64,000 bases of DNA from Camelus dromedarius (GCF_036321535.1 NC_087437.1:122514001-122578000), one strand, 5' to 3'. Shown: positions 49,301-59,135, counted from the first letter of the stretch. The notes: a model not told the origin generated them from the sequence alone. Translations and numbers: made by a program.

Positions 49301-52300
49301 CTCAGCCCCTGGTCCAGGTGGCAGCCAGGAAGTGGTCACCAGGGGAAAATGAGCCACCGGAGAATAGGCGTCCTCAGAGCCAGGAAGGGAGGATGGCGGT
49401 CGGACCCATCAGGCAGTGCGATGAGGGGGGCCTGAGGGAAGCCAGTTCACAGAGGGCTGGGCTGTGAGGCTGGATGCGCATGGCCCCAGCTTGTGGCCTC
49501 CCACAGCTCCGGAGCCAAGGCCGGGGTGGCCATGCCCACTCTACTCACGCTCCTGTGGCCACAGCTGACAATCCGGAGCAGGGAGGTGCCCAGAGAGGGA
49601 CAGGGCAACAGGGGCAGCTCACGACAAGCCCGTGGTGAGTGCTGGGGGTGAGCACAGAGGAGCAGAGACCGGGGAGAAGTCTCAGCTGGTGCAAAGGCCC
49701 TGGGGCCACAGGGGCCAGTGTGGCTGGGGCTGATGGGGAGTGAAGGCCGTGGGCAGGAGGGCACAGACCCACAGAGAGGTGTGCAGGGGAGGCCAGCCAC
49801 CCACTCCTGTCCTCCCTGAGCATGGAGACACCCACATGCAGTTTGCAGCCCTTTTTGCAAACGTGGAATGTTTCCCTGTACTGTCAGCATCAGCGCACTT
49901 ATGGCTCTGAACCCCTTTTTGATGGCCCCCACCGTGGTTCTGTGTTACAGTAACTCAGGCCTGACAGGTGTGGGTCCTGGAAGGGGCTCCAGCTTCAGGA
50001 TTGGAGCCACACAGGGAGAGGCTGGAGGCTCCGGCAGCATCCAAGGGAACAGCATCGGGCAAGGGCATGGGGACAGTGTGGGAGAGGAGGGCCTGGCTCT
50101 GACCTGCACTGGCCTCCCATGGCTCTTCCTCCTGTCCTCCATCTGCCTGGAGGGTCCCGTCGTCTCCCGTTTTACATGTGGGGAAACTGAGGACACGGAC
50201 AGGTGTCCAGGTCGGGAGCAGCCCAGTGGGGGTCCTGGACCCGAGGCAGCCTCCCCTGGGTGGGTCAGGGAGCCTGTGCTCAGCGGCAGCCCAGCTCTGT
50301 GTCTAGAGCAGGAAGGCCTCTTGGTGGTCAGGCTCCTGTCCAGAGCTGGGAGGCTCGGGGGGCCGTGTGCATGGACGCCCCTGCACTCCTGAGCCCTGGC
50401 CAGGAGCCTCAGCGGAAGTCCCAGGAAGAGCACGTGCTTGTGGAGACCCTCCGCCCCTCTCGGCACCTAGCAGGGTCCATTCTCAGAAACTGGGTGATTT
50501 TACTAAAATTCACAATTTATTTTTATCTGGTAAAATCTCTCACCTCTGTTAAAATCCAGCCCAGGGTTAGGTTAGCTACTGGACCTCCTCATGCACGCGT
50601 CGTGTTGTGTCCTGTGGAGCAGCTTCCAAGGGCAGGGTTTCTCACGCACTTGAGTCAGGAGGGTCTGCTGCCCTTGACGTGGAGCCGGTCTCCTTCCAGA
50701 TCCTCCCTGGGGTGAAGGTCATCATTGCCCACACCGAGACCAGAGGGCCCCTTGGAGACTCGCACCTGGGAGAGGTGAGCGGGAGCCCCACGCGCCCCAG
50801 GAGCCGCTCCTGACCCTGCCCCCTTGCTGCCCCAGGTTCGGGGGTCACACACGCTTTGGGGAACCTATGAGAAGCTGTCTGCTTCCCCCTCAGCGTTTGT
50901 GCTCCTGGACCCAGTCCCTGGGCAGGATTTCAGGGTTCTCCCCGCAGATGAGCTCCCGACCCTGTTGCCCAACCTGAGCTGCAGGCACCAGGAGGCCCCA
51001 GGAGCTGCACAGGACCCGCAGCAGAGGAGGAAGCAGCCGTCCCTCAAAGGGCAGTTCCGGCCCCGACCCAGGAGCCGCAGCCCGAGGGGGCTGGCCCGGG
51101 GCAGACTCGGAGGCTGAGAGGGAGGGAGGGGCCTCTGTCCTGAGGACATGGGGCAGGGGTCCTTGTCCCCCAGGAGACAGGCTGCACTGGAGTCATGGTG
51201 CTGACCACCTGCATTTAGCAGGCGCGTCCAGAGTAACTTAGGACGGGGGACCAGGGAGCGGAGCGCAGGCCGTGGCCTCAGCTGTGGGCCCCGGGAACCC
51301 GTGCTCTGGCACCAGGTGGGCTCAGGGATCGTGTGGGCTCTGCTGCAGGCGTACTCAGGGCGTCCACACGGACGCTGCCCAGGCTCCGTCTAGCCCGTAC
51401 AAGGGTGTGGGCAAGCCTGGGGCCTCCCAGGGGTGGTGCAGCGTCCGCTTGGGGGGTGCCCCAGCCCCAGGGCCAGGTGCAGTCGGTGTGGGGCATCTCC
51501 TCACCACCCCTTCCCGGCCAGCTGGACCCAGGCCTGTTAGGGCAGCTGTGTAGCCCCAGGATGGTCAGGGTGGGTACACAGGCCGGGGCCTGCTCCTTGT
51601 GGTGGAAGGCCATGCTGGCCACCCATCTCCCCTTCCAACGCTGCTTTTTGGAGCTGTCTTGAGCCCAGCACTCAGCACGGGGAACTGCCTGTGGGTCCCA
51701 GATGGGCCCTGAGTTTAGGAGAATGCCCTGGGGGCCCACGACACTCTGGTACCAGGGACACGTGTGTGGGGTCTCACTCTGGCTGGCCCCGTGTGGACAT
51801 ACAGGTCACTCCCAGGTCCTTCCTACTGTCAGTAATCTGATGTGAGCCCATTCACACTGCGGTCCTACAAACGTCTCTCCGGGGTCCAAGGAGAGGAATG
51901 CTTTCCTTGAAGGAGAAGTTACTTGTCTGCTTTCCACGCCTGTAAATGTAACTTAGCTCCAGACCCCTCCCCTGCCGTGTCCTGTTGTGTTGCTGCTGGG
52001 CCTCAGGACAGAGCCCAGCACTTGCAGTGACCAGCAGTCTTGTCCTCTGGGCCCCAGATCTGGGTGAGCAGCCCCCATAACGCCACCGGGTACTACACGG
52101 TCTACGGGGAGGAGGGGCTGCACGCCGACCACTTCAGTGCCCGGCTGAGCTTCGGAGACACCCAGACCGTATGGGCGAGGACTGGCTTCCTGGGCTTCCT
52201 TCGAAGGACGGAGCTCACCGATGCCAGCGGAGGTGAGGGCTCCTGGGCACGGTGAGCCTCTCGCTAGAGCTTGCTCTTCAGGTGCTCTGATGTGGTCCTC

Positions 52301-53574
52301 TCTGAAAATTATTCTTCCTCCCTTAACCGCTCCTGGATCCCAGCCTGCTGAGGATTGGGGTGCTGGCAGAAGGCTGTTGGGTCCTCCCCAGGCGGACCCA
52401 TGGGCACATCTCACCAGCCATGTGTGGTGCTCTCCCCCCGTGTCCCCCCAAAATCGTGAAGTCACTTGGCCACAGCAGACCAACCAGATCAGGCAGAGTT
52501 TTAGGAGCCCCTGCAGATGCTGTTTTGTTTCCAGACGTGGTGAAATACATAATCACGCGTCGGCATAACCTCTGCTTCCGGGGGTGGACAGCTTGGTGGG
52601 GCTCAGTGGTCAACGGTGTCTGTGCACCAGCTCCCGGCTCCCACTGTGTGCCATCCACAGAGCGACACGACGCTCTCTATGTGGTCGGGTCTCTGGACGA
52701 GACGCTAGAGCTAAGAGGCATGCGCTACCACCCCATCGACATTGAGACCTCGGTGATCCGTGCACACAGGAGCATCGCTGAGTGGTGAGCACCCTCCTGG
52801 GGAGCCCTGGGGACCTTGGTCCCCGCAGACCCTCCACTGTGGATGTGTGAGCAGCCCTGCCTCTCCAGGAGCAGACCCCAGACACGCTCTGGGAATCACG
52901 TGCCGGAGACACACGGTTTGGATTTCCTTGGCTTTTCCTCTTTTCCTGATCACTTTTAAACCAGGAGTCTGTCCTCAGAAACACAGGCAAAACGTAAGAG
53001 CTCCAGTTACCCCGAAGCAATTCTGCTTTTAGCATGAATTTCCTAATTTACCCATGATTTCTCCAGCTTTGTGGGGAGCTTGCATAGGGAAAGGTCCAGC
53101 TTTCAAAATCAAATAATATCCTAGATCTTTAGCGAGAACTTACTAGAAGAGATATTCCTGTAAGACACGTGTGAATTGTAAATGATGCTGAACAGGAGGG
53201 TGGCATCGGGAGCAGACTCTGGAATTTTCACTAGTCTCCAGCTGACACCGTTTCCCGCGTGTCCCTGGCCCGGAGCCTGTGTCCAGCCCTGTGGGTGACA
53301 CCATCCACCTTCTCCCTGCAGTGCTGTGTTCACCTGGACCAACCTGCTGGTGGTGGTGGTGGAGCTGGACGGGCTGGAGCAGGACGCCCTGGACTTGGTG
53401 GCCCTGGTGACCAACGTGGTGCTGGAGGAGCACCACCTGGTGGTGGGCGTGGTGGTCATCGTGGACCCAGGCGTCGTCCCCATCAACTCCCGGGGGGAGA
53501 AGCAGCGCATGCACCTGCGGGACGGCTTCCTGGCCGACCAGCTGGACCCCATCTATGTGGCCTACAACATGTGA
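1246..53574 (+). CDS. DIP2A: Disco-interacting protein 2 homolog A, spliced CDS, 5'-partial (33 exons in window, 4067 nt)
   Basis: Exon translations match recalled DIP2A sequence ([26 protein letters not shown] ... [17 protein letters not shown]). All intron phases join into one open frame. Confidence 0.98.
2075..4237 (-). mobile_element. Old LINE-1 (L1M-type) 3' end/ORF2 remnant
   Basis: Typical antisense L1 phrases; reverse translation includes [11 protein letters not shown] (ORF2-like). Confidence 0.8.
4238..5210. repeat. Inverted repeat: arms 4238-4386 and 5056-5210
   Basis: Manual alignment: 13 substitutions and one 6-nt indel over ~149 nt, with a 41-bp perfect core. Confidence 0.95.
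5380..5745. mobile_element. hAT-Charlie1-like DNA transposon fossil
   Basis: Resembles recalled Charlie1 ends (gaggacaccagagaactttt...tatgtggg; cccctgaaagggtctc...cactttgaaaacagct). Confidence 0.65.
5936..6055 (+). CDS. DIP2A: DIP2A exon ~7 ([10 protein letters not shown]...FEELLE)
   Basis: gacag|GT GTC ... GAA G|gtgagc; 120 nt. Confidence 0.97.
7192..7389 (+). CDS. DIP2A: DIP2A exon ~8 (VQQPDP...CTLTY), GC donor
   Basis: ttgcag|TG CAG ... TAC G|gcaagt; 198 nt; only the GC donor keeps frame with the next exon. Confidence 0.93.
7480..10506 (-). mobile_element. Degraded old L1 fragments
   Basis: Reverse ORF2-like peptide [26 protein letters not shown] at 8798-8998; L1 3' phrases. Confidence 0.65.
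10519..10697 (-). mobile_element. tRNA-derived SINE (resembles camelid vic-1) with 12-bp TSD
   Basis: A box AGCTTAGTGG and B box GGTTCAATCC on -, AT-rich tail; TSD ccataatttctt at 10507-10518 and 10698-10709. Confidence 0.88.
11300..13000 (-). mobile_element. Degraded old L1 fragments
   Basis: Antisense L1 phrases (tttgcattttcctgatgactaa; ctgtgaataatgacagtttt; taacttgatcacagtg). Confidence 0.6.
13672..13698. repeat. (TG)n microsatellite
   Basis: Direct reading. Confidence 0.9.
13991..14082 (+). CDS. DIP2A: DIP2A exon ~9 ([31 protein letters not shown])
   Basis: ttttag|GC AAA ... AGA|gtaagt; 92 nt; not in ORF track. Confidence 0.96.
14538..14696. mobile_element. MER3/MER33-like hAT DNA transposon fossil
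   Basis: cacatttc...tgtggct...ttgacagc...gaaagttct...ggacagtgctg resembles recalled consensus. Confidence 0.7.
15050..16690 (+). mobile_element. HAL1/L1 ORF1-like degraded fragments (interrupted)
   Basis: tgattttagcctgaagttcta..., ttttcagacaggcaggactcaaaa resemble the L1/HAL1 ORF1 3' part. Confidence 0.45.
17233..17343 (+). CDS. DIP2A: DIP2A exon ~10 (VALVFPNS...PLTRK)
   Basis: ttgtag|GTG ... AAG|gtagtt; 111 nt. Confidence 0.96.
17900..18400 (+). mobile_element. Old L1 ORF2 remnant
   Basis: A-rich L1-like text (aaagaagacatgactaaaatgaa..., ctgaatgtcatttgaaga). Confidence 0.5.
18474..18597 (+). CDS. DIP2A: DIP2A exon ~11 ([14 protein letters not shown]...ATFK)
   Basis: ccgtag|GAT ... AAA G|gtgggc; 124 nt. 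Confidence 0.96.
18914..19023 (+). CDS. DIP2A: DIP2A exon ~12 (GWPPLTW...PAYIE)
   Basis: ttgcag|GC TGG ... GAG|gtagga; 110 nt. Confidence 0.96.
19387..19489 (+). CDS. DIP2A: DIP2A exon ~13 ([12 protein letters not shown]...GFSE)
   Basis: tttcag|TAT ... GAA G|gtaagg; 103 nt. Confidence 0.96.
20857..20921 (+). CDS. DIP2A: DIP2A exon ~14 ([22 protein letters not shown])
   Basis: tttcag|CT ... ACA|gtgagt; 65 nt. Confidence 0.96.
21115..21208 (+). CDS. DIP2A: DIP2A exon ~15 (SVLNRMHVV...VCAYK)
   Basis: ttgcag|AGC ... AAA G|gtaaca; 94 nt. Confidence 0.96.
22233..22352 (+). CDS. DIP2A: DIP2A exon ~16 ([13 protein letters not shown]...DGANP)
   Basis: ctgcag|CT ... CCC T|gtgagt; 120 nt. Confidence 0.96.
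23699..23813 (+). CDS. DIP2A: DIP2A exon ~17 (WSISSCDAF...VAIR)
   Basis: acgcag|GG TCC ... CGC AG|gtagct; 115 nt. Confidence 0.96.
24718..24930. mobile_element. MLT1-like (ERVL-MaLR) LTR fragment
   Basis: tgtgtaacaagccacacccaagctcggtg...tttatttcctctcatg pattern. Confidence 0.5.
24964..25103 (+). CDS. DIP2A: DIP2A exon ~18 (RPPDLGGPP...QVMPG)
   Basis: ttccag|G CCA ... GGA G|gtaagg; 140 nt. Confidence 0.96.
26316..26470. repeat. Compound (GT)n/minisatellite with spacers ca(c/t)gtg(g/c)t..cctggg
   Basis: Four spacer units separated by GT runs. Confidence 0.9.
27448..27584 (+). CDS. DIP2A: DIP2A exon ~19 (ANVCVVK...KNVFE)
   Basis: ttctag|CT AAT ... GAG|gtccgt; 137 nt. Confidence 0.95.
28055..28135 (+). 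CDS. DIP2A: DIP2A exon ~20 (TVPVTAGG...GFIGP)
   Basis: gtgcag|ACG ... CCT|gtgagt; 81 nt. Confidence 0.96.
28532..28659 (+). CDS. DIP2A: DIP2A exon ~21 ([12 protein letters not shown]...FVYRG)
   Basis: cctcag|GAT ... GGC AG|gtgatg; 128 nt; not in ORF track. Confidence 0.96.
30547..30661 (+). CDS. DIP2A: DIP2A exon ~22 (RVAVFSV...SRVLQ)
   Basis: ccccag|G GTG ... CAG|gtgcgg; 115 nt. Confidence 0.96.
31670..33406 (-). mobile_element. LINE-1 3' portion (L1MA9-like)
   Basis: Reverse ORF2 C-terminal peptides ([23 protein letters not shown]) plus L1 3' UTR. Confidence 0.9.
33135..33196. repeat. 3 x ~23-nt tandem duplication (tttgattactgtag) inside the L1
   Basis: Copies at 33135, 33158 and 33180. 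Confidence 0.9.
33407..33723 (+). mobile_element. L1 ORF2 fragment, sense orientation, abutting the antisense L1
   Basis: Translation [28 protein letters not shown]...FFTELEQ. Confidence 0.9.
34762..34784. repeat. (TG)n microsatellite
   Basis: Direct reading. Confidence 0.9.
34950..35151 (+). CDS. DIP2A: DIP2A exon ~23 (AVDSIHQVG...RQKQP)
   Basis: gtacag|GCC ... CCA G|gttagt; 202 nt. Confidence 0.96.
35940..36049 (+). CDS. DIP2A: DIP2A exon ~24 ([10 protein letters not shown]...DQARK)
   Basis: ttctag|AG GTC ... AAG|gtaagg; 110 nt; a competing in-frame AG ends at 35921. Confidence 0.92.
36132..36212 (+). CDS. DIP2A: DIP2A exon ~25 ([10 protein letters not shown]...LNAK)
   Basis: ccgcag|TTC ... 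AAG|gtgagg; 81 nt; preceding intron only 82 nt. Confidence 0.96.
38536..38659 (+). CDS. DIP2A: DIP2A exon ~26 (GTVTSTATC...LVYPP)
   Basis: tcccag|GGC ... CCA G|gtaagc; 124 nt. Confidence 0.96.
43291..43412 (+). CDS. DIP2A: DIP2A exon ~27 ([11 protein letters not shown]...MIVE)
   Basis: tcccag|GG CTG ... GAG|gtgggc; 122 nt. Confidence 0.96.
43516..43627 (+). CDS. DIP2A: DIP2A exon ~28 (VSKSTCV...TILDT)
   Basis: ctgcag|GTC ... ACA G|gtgtgc; 112 nt. Confidence 0.96.
44792..44901 (+). CDS. DIP2A: DIP2A exon ~29 (DDIPKKK...[17 protein letters not shown])
   Basis: cgacag|AT GAC ... AAG|gtgggc; 110 nt. Confidence 0.96.
45373..45503 (+). CDS. DIP2A: DIP2A exon ~30 ([10 protein letters not shown]...LWCLC)
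   Basis: ctctag|ATG ... TGC AG|gtgagt; 131 nt. Confidence 0.96.
46008..46176 (+). CDS. DIP2A: DIP2A exon ~31 (SVYSGHQS...AVLR)
   Basis: ctgcag|T GTC ... AGG|gtaagc; 169 nt. Confidence 0.96.
46504..46674 (+). CDS. DIP2A: DIP2A exon ~32 (TKGVDLSC...AICLQ)
   Basis: ccacag|ACG ... CAG|gtaggg; 171 nt. Confidence 0.96.
47714..47743 (+). CDS. DIP2A: Putative alternative 30-nt DIP2A microexon ([10 protein letters not shown])
   Basis: Long pyrimidine tract, tgtcag|CCC AAC AGG CTG GGA AAG CTG GCT GAG CAG|gtacga; phase 0/0; resembles a recalled optional DIP2C insert (PHRLWTLAEQ) at the same position. Confidence 0.8.
48465..48526 (+). CDS. DIP2A: DIP2A exon ~33 ([20 protein letters not shown])
   Basis: ctgcag|GGC ... 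GAC AG|gtaacg; 62 nt. Confidence 0.96.
49058..49115 (+). CDS. DIP2A: DIP2A exon ~34 ([20 protein letters not shown])
   Basis: ttttag|G GTA ... AAG|gtatga; 58 nt. Confidence 0.96.
50160..50240. mobile_element. MIR core fragment
   Basis: cccgttttacatgtggggaaactgagg resembles the MIR core. Confidence 0.55.
50700..50774 (+). CDS. DIP2A: DIP2A exon ~35 ([25 protein letters not shown])
   Basis: ttccag|ATC ... GAG|gtgagc; 75 nt. Confidence 0.96.
52058..52232 (+). CDS. DIP2A: DIP2A exon ~36 ([13 protein letters not shown]...DASG)
   Basis: ccccag|ATC ... GGA G|gtgagg; 175 nt. Confidence 0.96.
52661..52784 (+). CDS. DIP2A: DIP2A exon ~37 ([10 protein letters not shown]...SIAE)
   Basis: ccacag|AG CGA ... 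GAG TG|gtgagc; 124 nt. Confidence 0.96.
53322..53574 (+). CDS. DIP2A: DIP2A last coding exon ([10 protein letters not shown]...YVAYNM*)
   Basis: ctgcag|T GCT ... ATG TGA; characteristic DIP2 C-terminus. Confidence 0.97.
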
Positions 53575-55230
53575 CTGCAGCTCCCCTCCTGGCCCTGGGG
53601 CAGGGGTTGGGACCAGTCACGGGGCTGGGATGCGTGGAATCGGCAGTGTCTGCGGTCACTGGGAAAGGGACTCCAGGCCCCAGGGAGCCCTGTGCCCCTT
53701 CCTCCCTGCTTACAGATCCATCTCATTTTAGAAACCACTTCCTGAATTATTCGAAGAAATAGTTTAATCATCAAGCACGTTTACAGAAATAGCTGTCAGT
53801 GTTGGAGCAGACGGGGCCAGGGAAGGGGCCTGGCATGGGCGCTGCGGGAGCTGCAGGCGTGGTTCTCTGCTGTATTGCCAGTTTGCACTTTTTTTAGGCT
53901 AAAAATATAGTTTTTGATTTTAAAAATTCAATTATTTATTCCCACTTCAAATGACAAGTTCATATATAGCATTTCTGCTAGAAAGAACTTGAGGCCTGCG
54001 CTGCTTCAGTTCCATTCCACAGGGGGGCACAGAGCCCAGAAAGGCCGGTGGACGGGGACCAAGTCCTGGCTGCCCTTCTCACTCTTGGGCCCCAGTCCGG
54101 ACACTGGACACACACACGCTGCCTCCCTTGGAACAGGTGTGCCCGGCCGTCCGCAGGTGTGGCTGTTTATCCTTGACAGTGGCATTTTGGGGCCGTCAGT
54201 TTAGCTGCTCTGTTTTGGGAAGATAGGCCACATTCAGGTTCAAACCACCTTCTGAGTTTCCAGCTTCTTGCTGCTCAGTTGAAGTGCTCGTTTCCCCAAC
54301 CATGGTATGAGCTCCTCTCACTGCACAGAAGTGTGCTGAGTTATTTTTATTCCCAGTCAGCAGATGTGTGGCACCAGTGCAGGGAGATGCCCGTCCTCCA
54401 TGCCATCTGCCGAGGGCCCCATGGTGTGTCCAAGGGGCCACGGGAGAGCCTTGCCCCCTACCATGCCCACGTGTGGCCAAGCCACATTCAGTTGTTTCAT
54501 TCAAATTTGACCAGATTGAGTGATCAAATGTTACAGTAAACTCAAATCAAAGAAGAGAGCGTGAAATCCTTTAGGTACTTCCAGAGTGTGAAGTGAAGCT
54601 CGAATCTAAGAGTATTTTTATATCGTTGACGGGAAGTGTTGTAGAGTTTTGGGGACTGAGGGCAGGAAAGTCTGAGGATTGTGCACGCTTCCTGGAAGCA
54701 ACCAGGTCTTTCTGGAATTAGCCTGGGTCAGTGCCTAACGAAGCCGTTGTTCGTTCTCTCCACTTTAAATTCTCCACCAGAAAGGTCTGGCTGCCCGGCC
54801 GACTCTCATGTCTGATTCTTACTTGGCTACAAGTGGCTCATGCTCAGTAGCTTTGTTGGCCTGCGGTGTGGGGTGTAACCACATACTGGAATTCAAATGG
54901 TCCTTTTGTAATTATGTACAGAATCCGTGTAACTTAGTGTCTGACACACAGAGGTTCTAGCAGTGGACTAATGGACACTCCTTATAACAGAATGGCCGGC
55001 AGGGGAGGAACTACCCAACCCTGGTCTTAATGTTGTAGTTTTATAGCCAACAGATATTGTAAAATTTTTGTATTAAAAAGTCCATGGCAGTAAGACAAAG
55101 TGTCTTGTAAATTAAGATTTTACGAAGCATTAAAATGTTTTAAAGTTACTCTCTGGGAATTCTGTATATCACACTGAAGTTTTTTATATCATTATGTTAA
55201 TAAAAGTTATTGACTGTAATTATGAAATAT
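53575..55230 (+). other. DIP2A: DIP2A 3' UTR (approximate end)
   Basis: Follows the stop codon; AT-rich end with ATTAAA (55072, 55129) and AATAAA (55199). Confidence 0.7.
55199..55204 (+). terminator. Likely DIP2A polyadenylation signal AATAAA
   Basis: Canonical hexamer in AT-rich context with TGTA motifs upstream. Confidence 0.7.
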
Positions 55231-57676
55231 GTGAAAAAAATTTTAATTACCCTAAATAGGATACATTATACATTCATCTTTTCTGAATATTAAAAAAAAA
55301 AAAAGCCTATGCTCACAGCATAAAATCTACAAAGCACATGATAGCGTAAAGAAGACAATGAAGTCTCCCGTGACCCTCCCTCTTGGTAAGAACGGCATTG
55401 GTATTTGATGTAAATCCTTTTGAGGATTTATTTGTTCCTTAAAGAATTTTTACAGAATTAGAATCATATAGTTTTATAACCAGCTTTTGTACTTAAGAAA
55501 TTAGACATCTTAATTTATGACACGCATTTTTCCACGTGTTTCAGCAGCTGTCGTGGGGGGACCAGGACCAGAGGCAGCGCCCCCTCACTTGCTGCGTCGG
55601 GTCATTTCAGCTGCGCTGCAGGGAGCCTCGTGGGCTTGCGTGCTCGCTGGCAATGCCTGCCCTGCCTGGGCGTGGCACCTGCAGGCTGAGTCGTGCCAGG
55701 TATGGAGCTCTGGGTGCTGCTGCGCGGAAGGAAGGGCCTCTTTCTGGCAGCCTGCTGCCCAGGCACTAGAGAAGTAAGTCCTTGCCAACTTGGTAGTCGT
55801 GTAAGTGTCTCGTCTGGTGATGCTGAGTGTGTTCTCGGGTGTTTGTGGTCATTTTAGTTTCTCATTTTTTGTTCTGACGGTTCTTACTGTGCTCCAGGGT
55901 TTTTTTTAGTGATTTGTAGGAGCCAGTTTATATTAAGAACCATAATTTCCATACTTTTTCTCGGGGCTCATTTGTTTGTTGATTCTATTTAATTCAGGTT
56001 GTTTTCAAAATGTTCTAATAATTATATGCAAAGTCTTGTTACTTGTGCTTAATTTCAGATTATGAATATAGCTGACTTGTTTTAAAGTGATTCTGCTGGG
56101 ATGGTCAGCATAACCCTGTGAGGGAAAGAGCTGCTTCCTGTGTTTGCCCAGTTCCTGCCGGAGTCTGCCTTCAGACCTGCCAGCAAGGGGCTGCTGATGC
56201 CTGTGTCTCGCTGGCAGCGTGTACCGTCCCCAACTCGTGTGTGTGCTACTTGCTATGTACAAAAAGGAGAGAGAGCAGCATTCTCTTTCTATCTGAGATC
56301 ATTCTGCATGAGTTCTGGGTCTTAATGGGTTGAGAAAGAAACACTTCAGTTCTGAACTGGATGCAGTAACAGTGTTGTAACACCCTGTGCAGCATTTATC
56401 CTCTTTCGTATGATGTCCATTGTCAGTAATGAAGAATTCTTTTAAGAGGTAACTACGTGCAAAATTTCAAAGCCTCTTGTGCTCAAGAGGAATGGTCTTT
56501 AAATTGTCCAAGCAGGTGGCTGGGCCGCCCCCACCCTGCTGTGGGTGGTCTGAGAAAGAGCCTGCAGCCTCGCCCCAGCTGAGCCCACTCCCCTCCTCAC
56601 CCTGACCCTCCCCCTGGTCTCCTGGAACCTAGCTCTGCCTTTTGACGTTTGGTGAGGCAACGTTTTCCATGAGCCTGTGAGGTGTTGTGAAAGTGAAGTT
56701 TGCCAAGGGCAGTGCAAGGTGAGGACTGAGAGGTTATTATTGGTTTTAAGTGCCAACTGAGAATGGGGTACCTTACTCCCCAGACTCTCAAATTGACTGA
56801 AGAAGCCAGATATCATGAATGTTCATTACAGATGCCACTTAAAAGCCAAAAGTTGAAAAAGGGCCACAAGGGACTAGATGAAGCTTTGAGGAGTAGAGAG
56901 AGCACAGATGCATTGTCACCTGTCGTCACTCCAGGCAGCAGTGAGCCAGCCTCCAGGTGCCCCGATGCTGCGAGAGGCTGCAGACCGAGCCACAGGGGAA
57001 GGCCATCTGGAGGGTGCTGGGCCGATGGAGGGGACAGAAGCTCTAGGACAAGCAGCGTTTAGCATTTACACTGAGGGATTAAGAAGATCAACTGCTGGCA
57101 AGACGGCCCCAGAAATTCCATGAACATGGTAGCCAGTAAAACTGGTGAAGATTTTTTTTTTTAATTTTAAGATGTTGGAAATGGTCCTAAGAACATACAG
57201 TAAGTGAAGAAACTTCTGTGCATGAAAGTTGAGTAAGAAAAGCAAGCGTCTGTTGTTTGAACTGAGACCGCTCCCGCCTGCCCATCTCCCAGCTGAGCCA
57301 CGCGGAAACTCCACTCCAAACAGGCCCAGCCAAGAACACAGGCTCCTGCCCCCAGTTACCTGTTGATGCTGCAGAGCTGGTGAGTCCTGTGAGAAGTGAG
57401 AGATTTCTTGCATCCAGCCTCCACTCATGGAATGGAGCTACCTTTGGTCAAGTGCCGCTGAGAACACAGGGCCTGGTTGCACTTCCCAGCTCAAAGGGTG
57501 GTGGCTCCATGCCGGTAGAGGCAAGTGGGGAGGACCTCAGGCTACTGTGTGTTCAGTATCTAAAGCAGGGGTGTCACTCAGAGAGACGTTCACCACTGTT
57601 CTCACCCCTGGGCCTGAACCCAGCTCAGAGATGCTGCCTGCTGGTAGAAGCAAGCTATAAAACAGACAGCTCCTCA

Positions 57677-58532
57677 TATGAAAAGATGCTCAATATCACT
57701 AATTATCAGAGAAATGCAAATACTACCATGAGGTATCACCTCACATCAGTCAGAATGGCCATCACTAAAAAGTCCACAAATGATAAATGCTGGAGAGGGT
57801 ATGGAGAAGCGGGAACCTTCCTACACTGCTGGTGGGAGTGTAATTTGGGGCACCTATGGAAAACAGTATGGATATTCCTTAAAAAACTAAAAACAGACTT
57901 ACTTACCCTATGATCCAGCAATCCCACTCCTGGGCATATATCCATAGGGAACTTTAATTTGAAAAGATACCTGCACCCCAATGTTCATAGAAGCACTATA
58001 TACAATAGCCAAGACATGAAACAACCTAATTGTCCATCAACAAATGACTGGATAAAGTTGTGATATATTTCCACAATGAAATACTACTCAGCTATAAAAA
58101 AGAATAAAATAATGCCATTTGCAGCAACATGGATAGATGTAGAGATTATCATACTAAGTGAAGTAAGAGACAAATATCATATAATGTTAGTTATATGTGG
58201 AATCTAAAAGAATGACATATGAACTTATTTGCAAAACAGAAACTGACTTACAGACATAGAAAACAAACATGGTTACGGGGTGGGGAGTAGGAAGGGAATG
58301 GAGGGATAAATTGGGAGTTCGTAGTTTGCAGATACTAACTACTATATATAAAACAGATAAACAACAAGGTCTTACTGTACAGCACAGGGAACTATATTCA
58401 ATAGCTTGTAAGAACCTATAATGAAAAAGAGTATGAAAAGGAATCTATATATAACAGTTACTATGCTGTACACCAGAAACTAACACAGCATTGTAAGTAT
58501 ACTTCAATCAAAACAAACAAACAAACAAAAAC
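57677..58532 (+). mobile_element. 5'-truncated LINE-1 3' end (cetartiodactyl-type) with (AAAC)n tail
   Basis: ORF2 C-terminal peptide [27 protein letters not shown]1 3' UTR, A-rich tail. Confidence 0.9.
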
Positions 58533-59004
58533 AGGAAATTTCTCTGCTCTTCTCAGACTTCATTTGCACCAGAGCATGGAGAAGATTAATCACAAGGACA
58601 TTCAAAAACAGTACAGTGTGGTAAAGGGCAACTGGAGGAGATCCACAGACTCAGTGAAGATACAGGCTAAATTGCAGGCCAGCTAGTTTCAGGAGAACCA
58701 GGGAAAGAGACAGCTAGGAAGACCCTTCCTGGGGTTAGAACAAATCTCAAACACCGACCTTGGGACTATTTCTTCAATAAATCCTGGATTGGATCAAATT
58801 AAGCTATAGAGCAATTTATGCCCCCAGAGCATTGTTGAAAACAGTAGAGCAAGCAGCTGGCAGTTGGTGGGTGTGGTCAGGAGAAGAGACTAGCGAGCCC
58901 TGCCCAAACCAGCCACCCAGGTGACTTTAACCTGAGACTGCCCCTCCCTGGGGAGCAGCACCAGAAGCTCAGCCCTGTGGGGGCGGGGGGGGGGGGAGAA
59001 GGGG

Positions 59005-59135
59005 AGAAAGAGGGACGCTTTATAATGATAAAAGGACCAATCCATCAGGAAGACCTAGTAATTATAGATAAATATGCAGCTAACAGTAGAGCACTGAAAT
59101 ACACAGAGCAAACCCTGATAGAGAAGAAAGAATGA
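59005..59135 (+). mobile_element. Old L1 ORF2 endonuclease-region fragment
   Basis: Encodes KEGRFIMIKGPIHQEDL-like motif. Confidence 0.65.

Noticed and set aside
55289..55304. A13 run as a retrocopy tail or true poly(A) site
   Set aside because: Genomic A-tract after the UTR of an intron-containing gene, with no TSD. It mainly poses an internal-priming risk.
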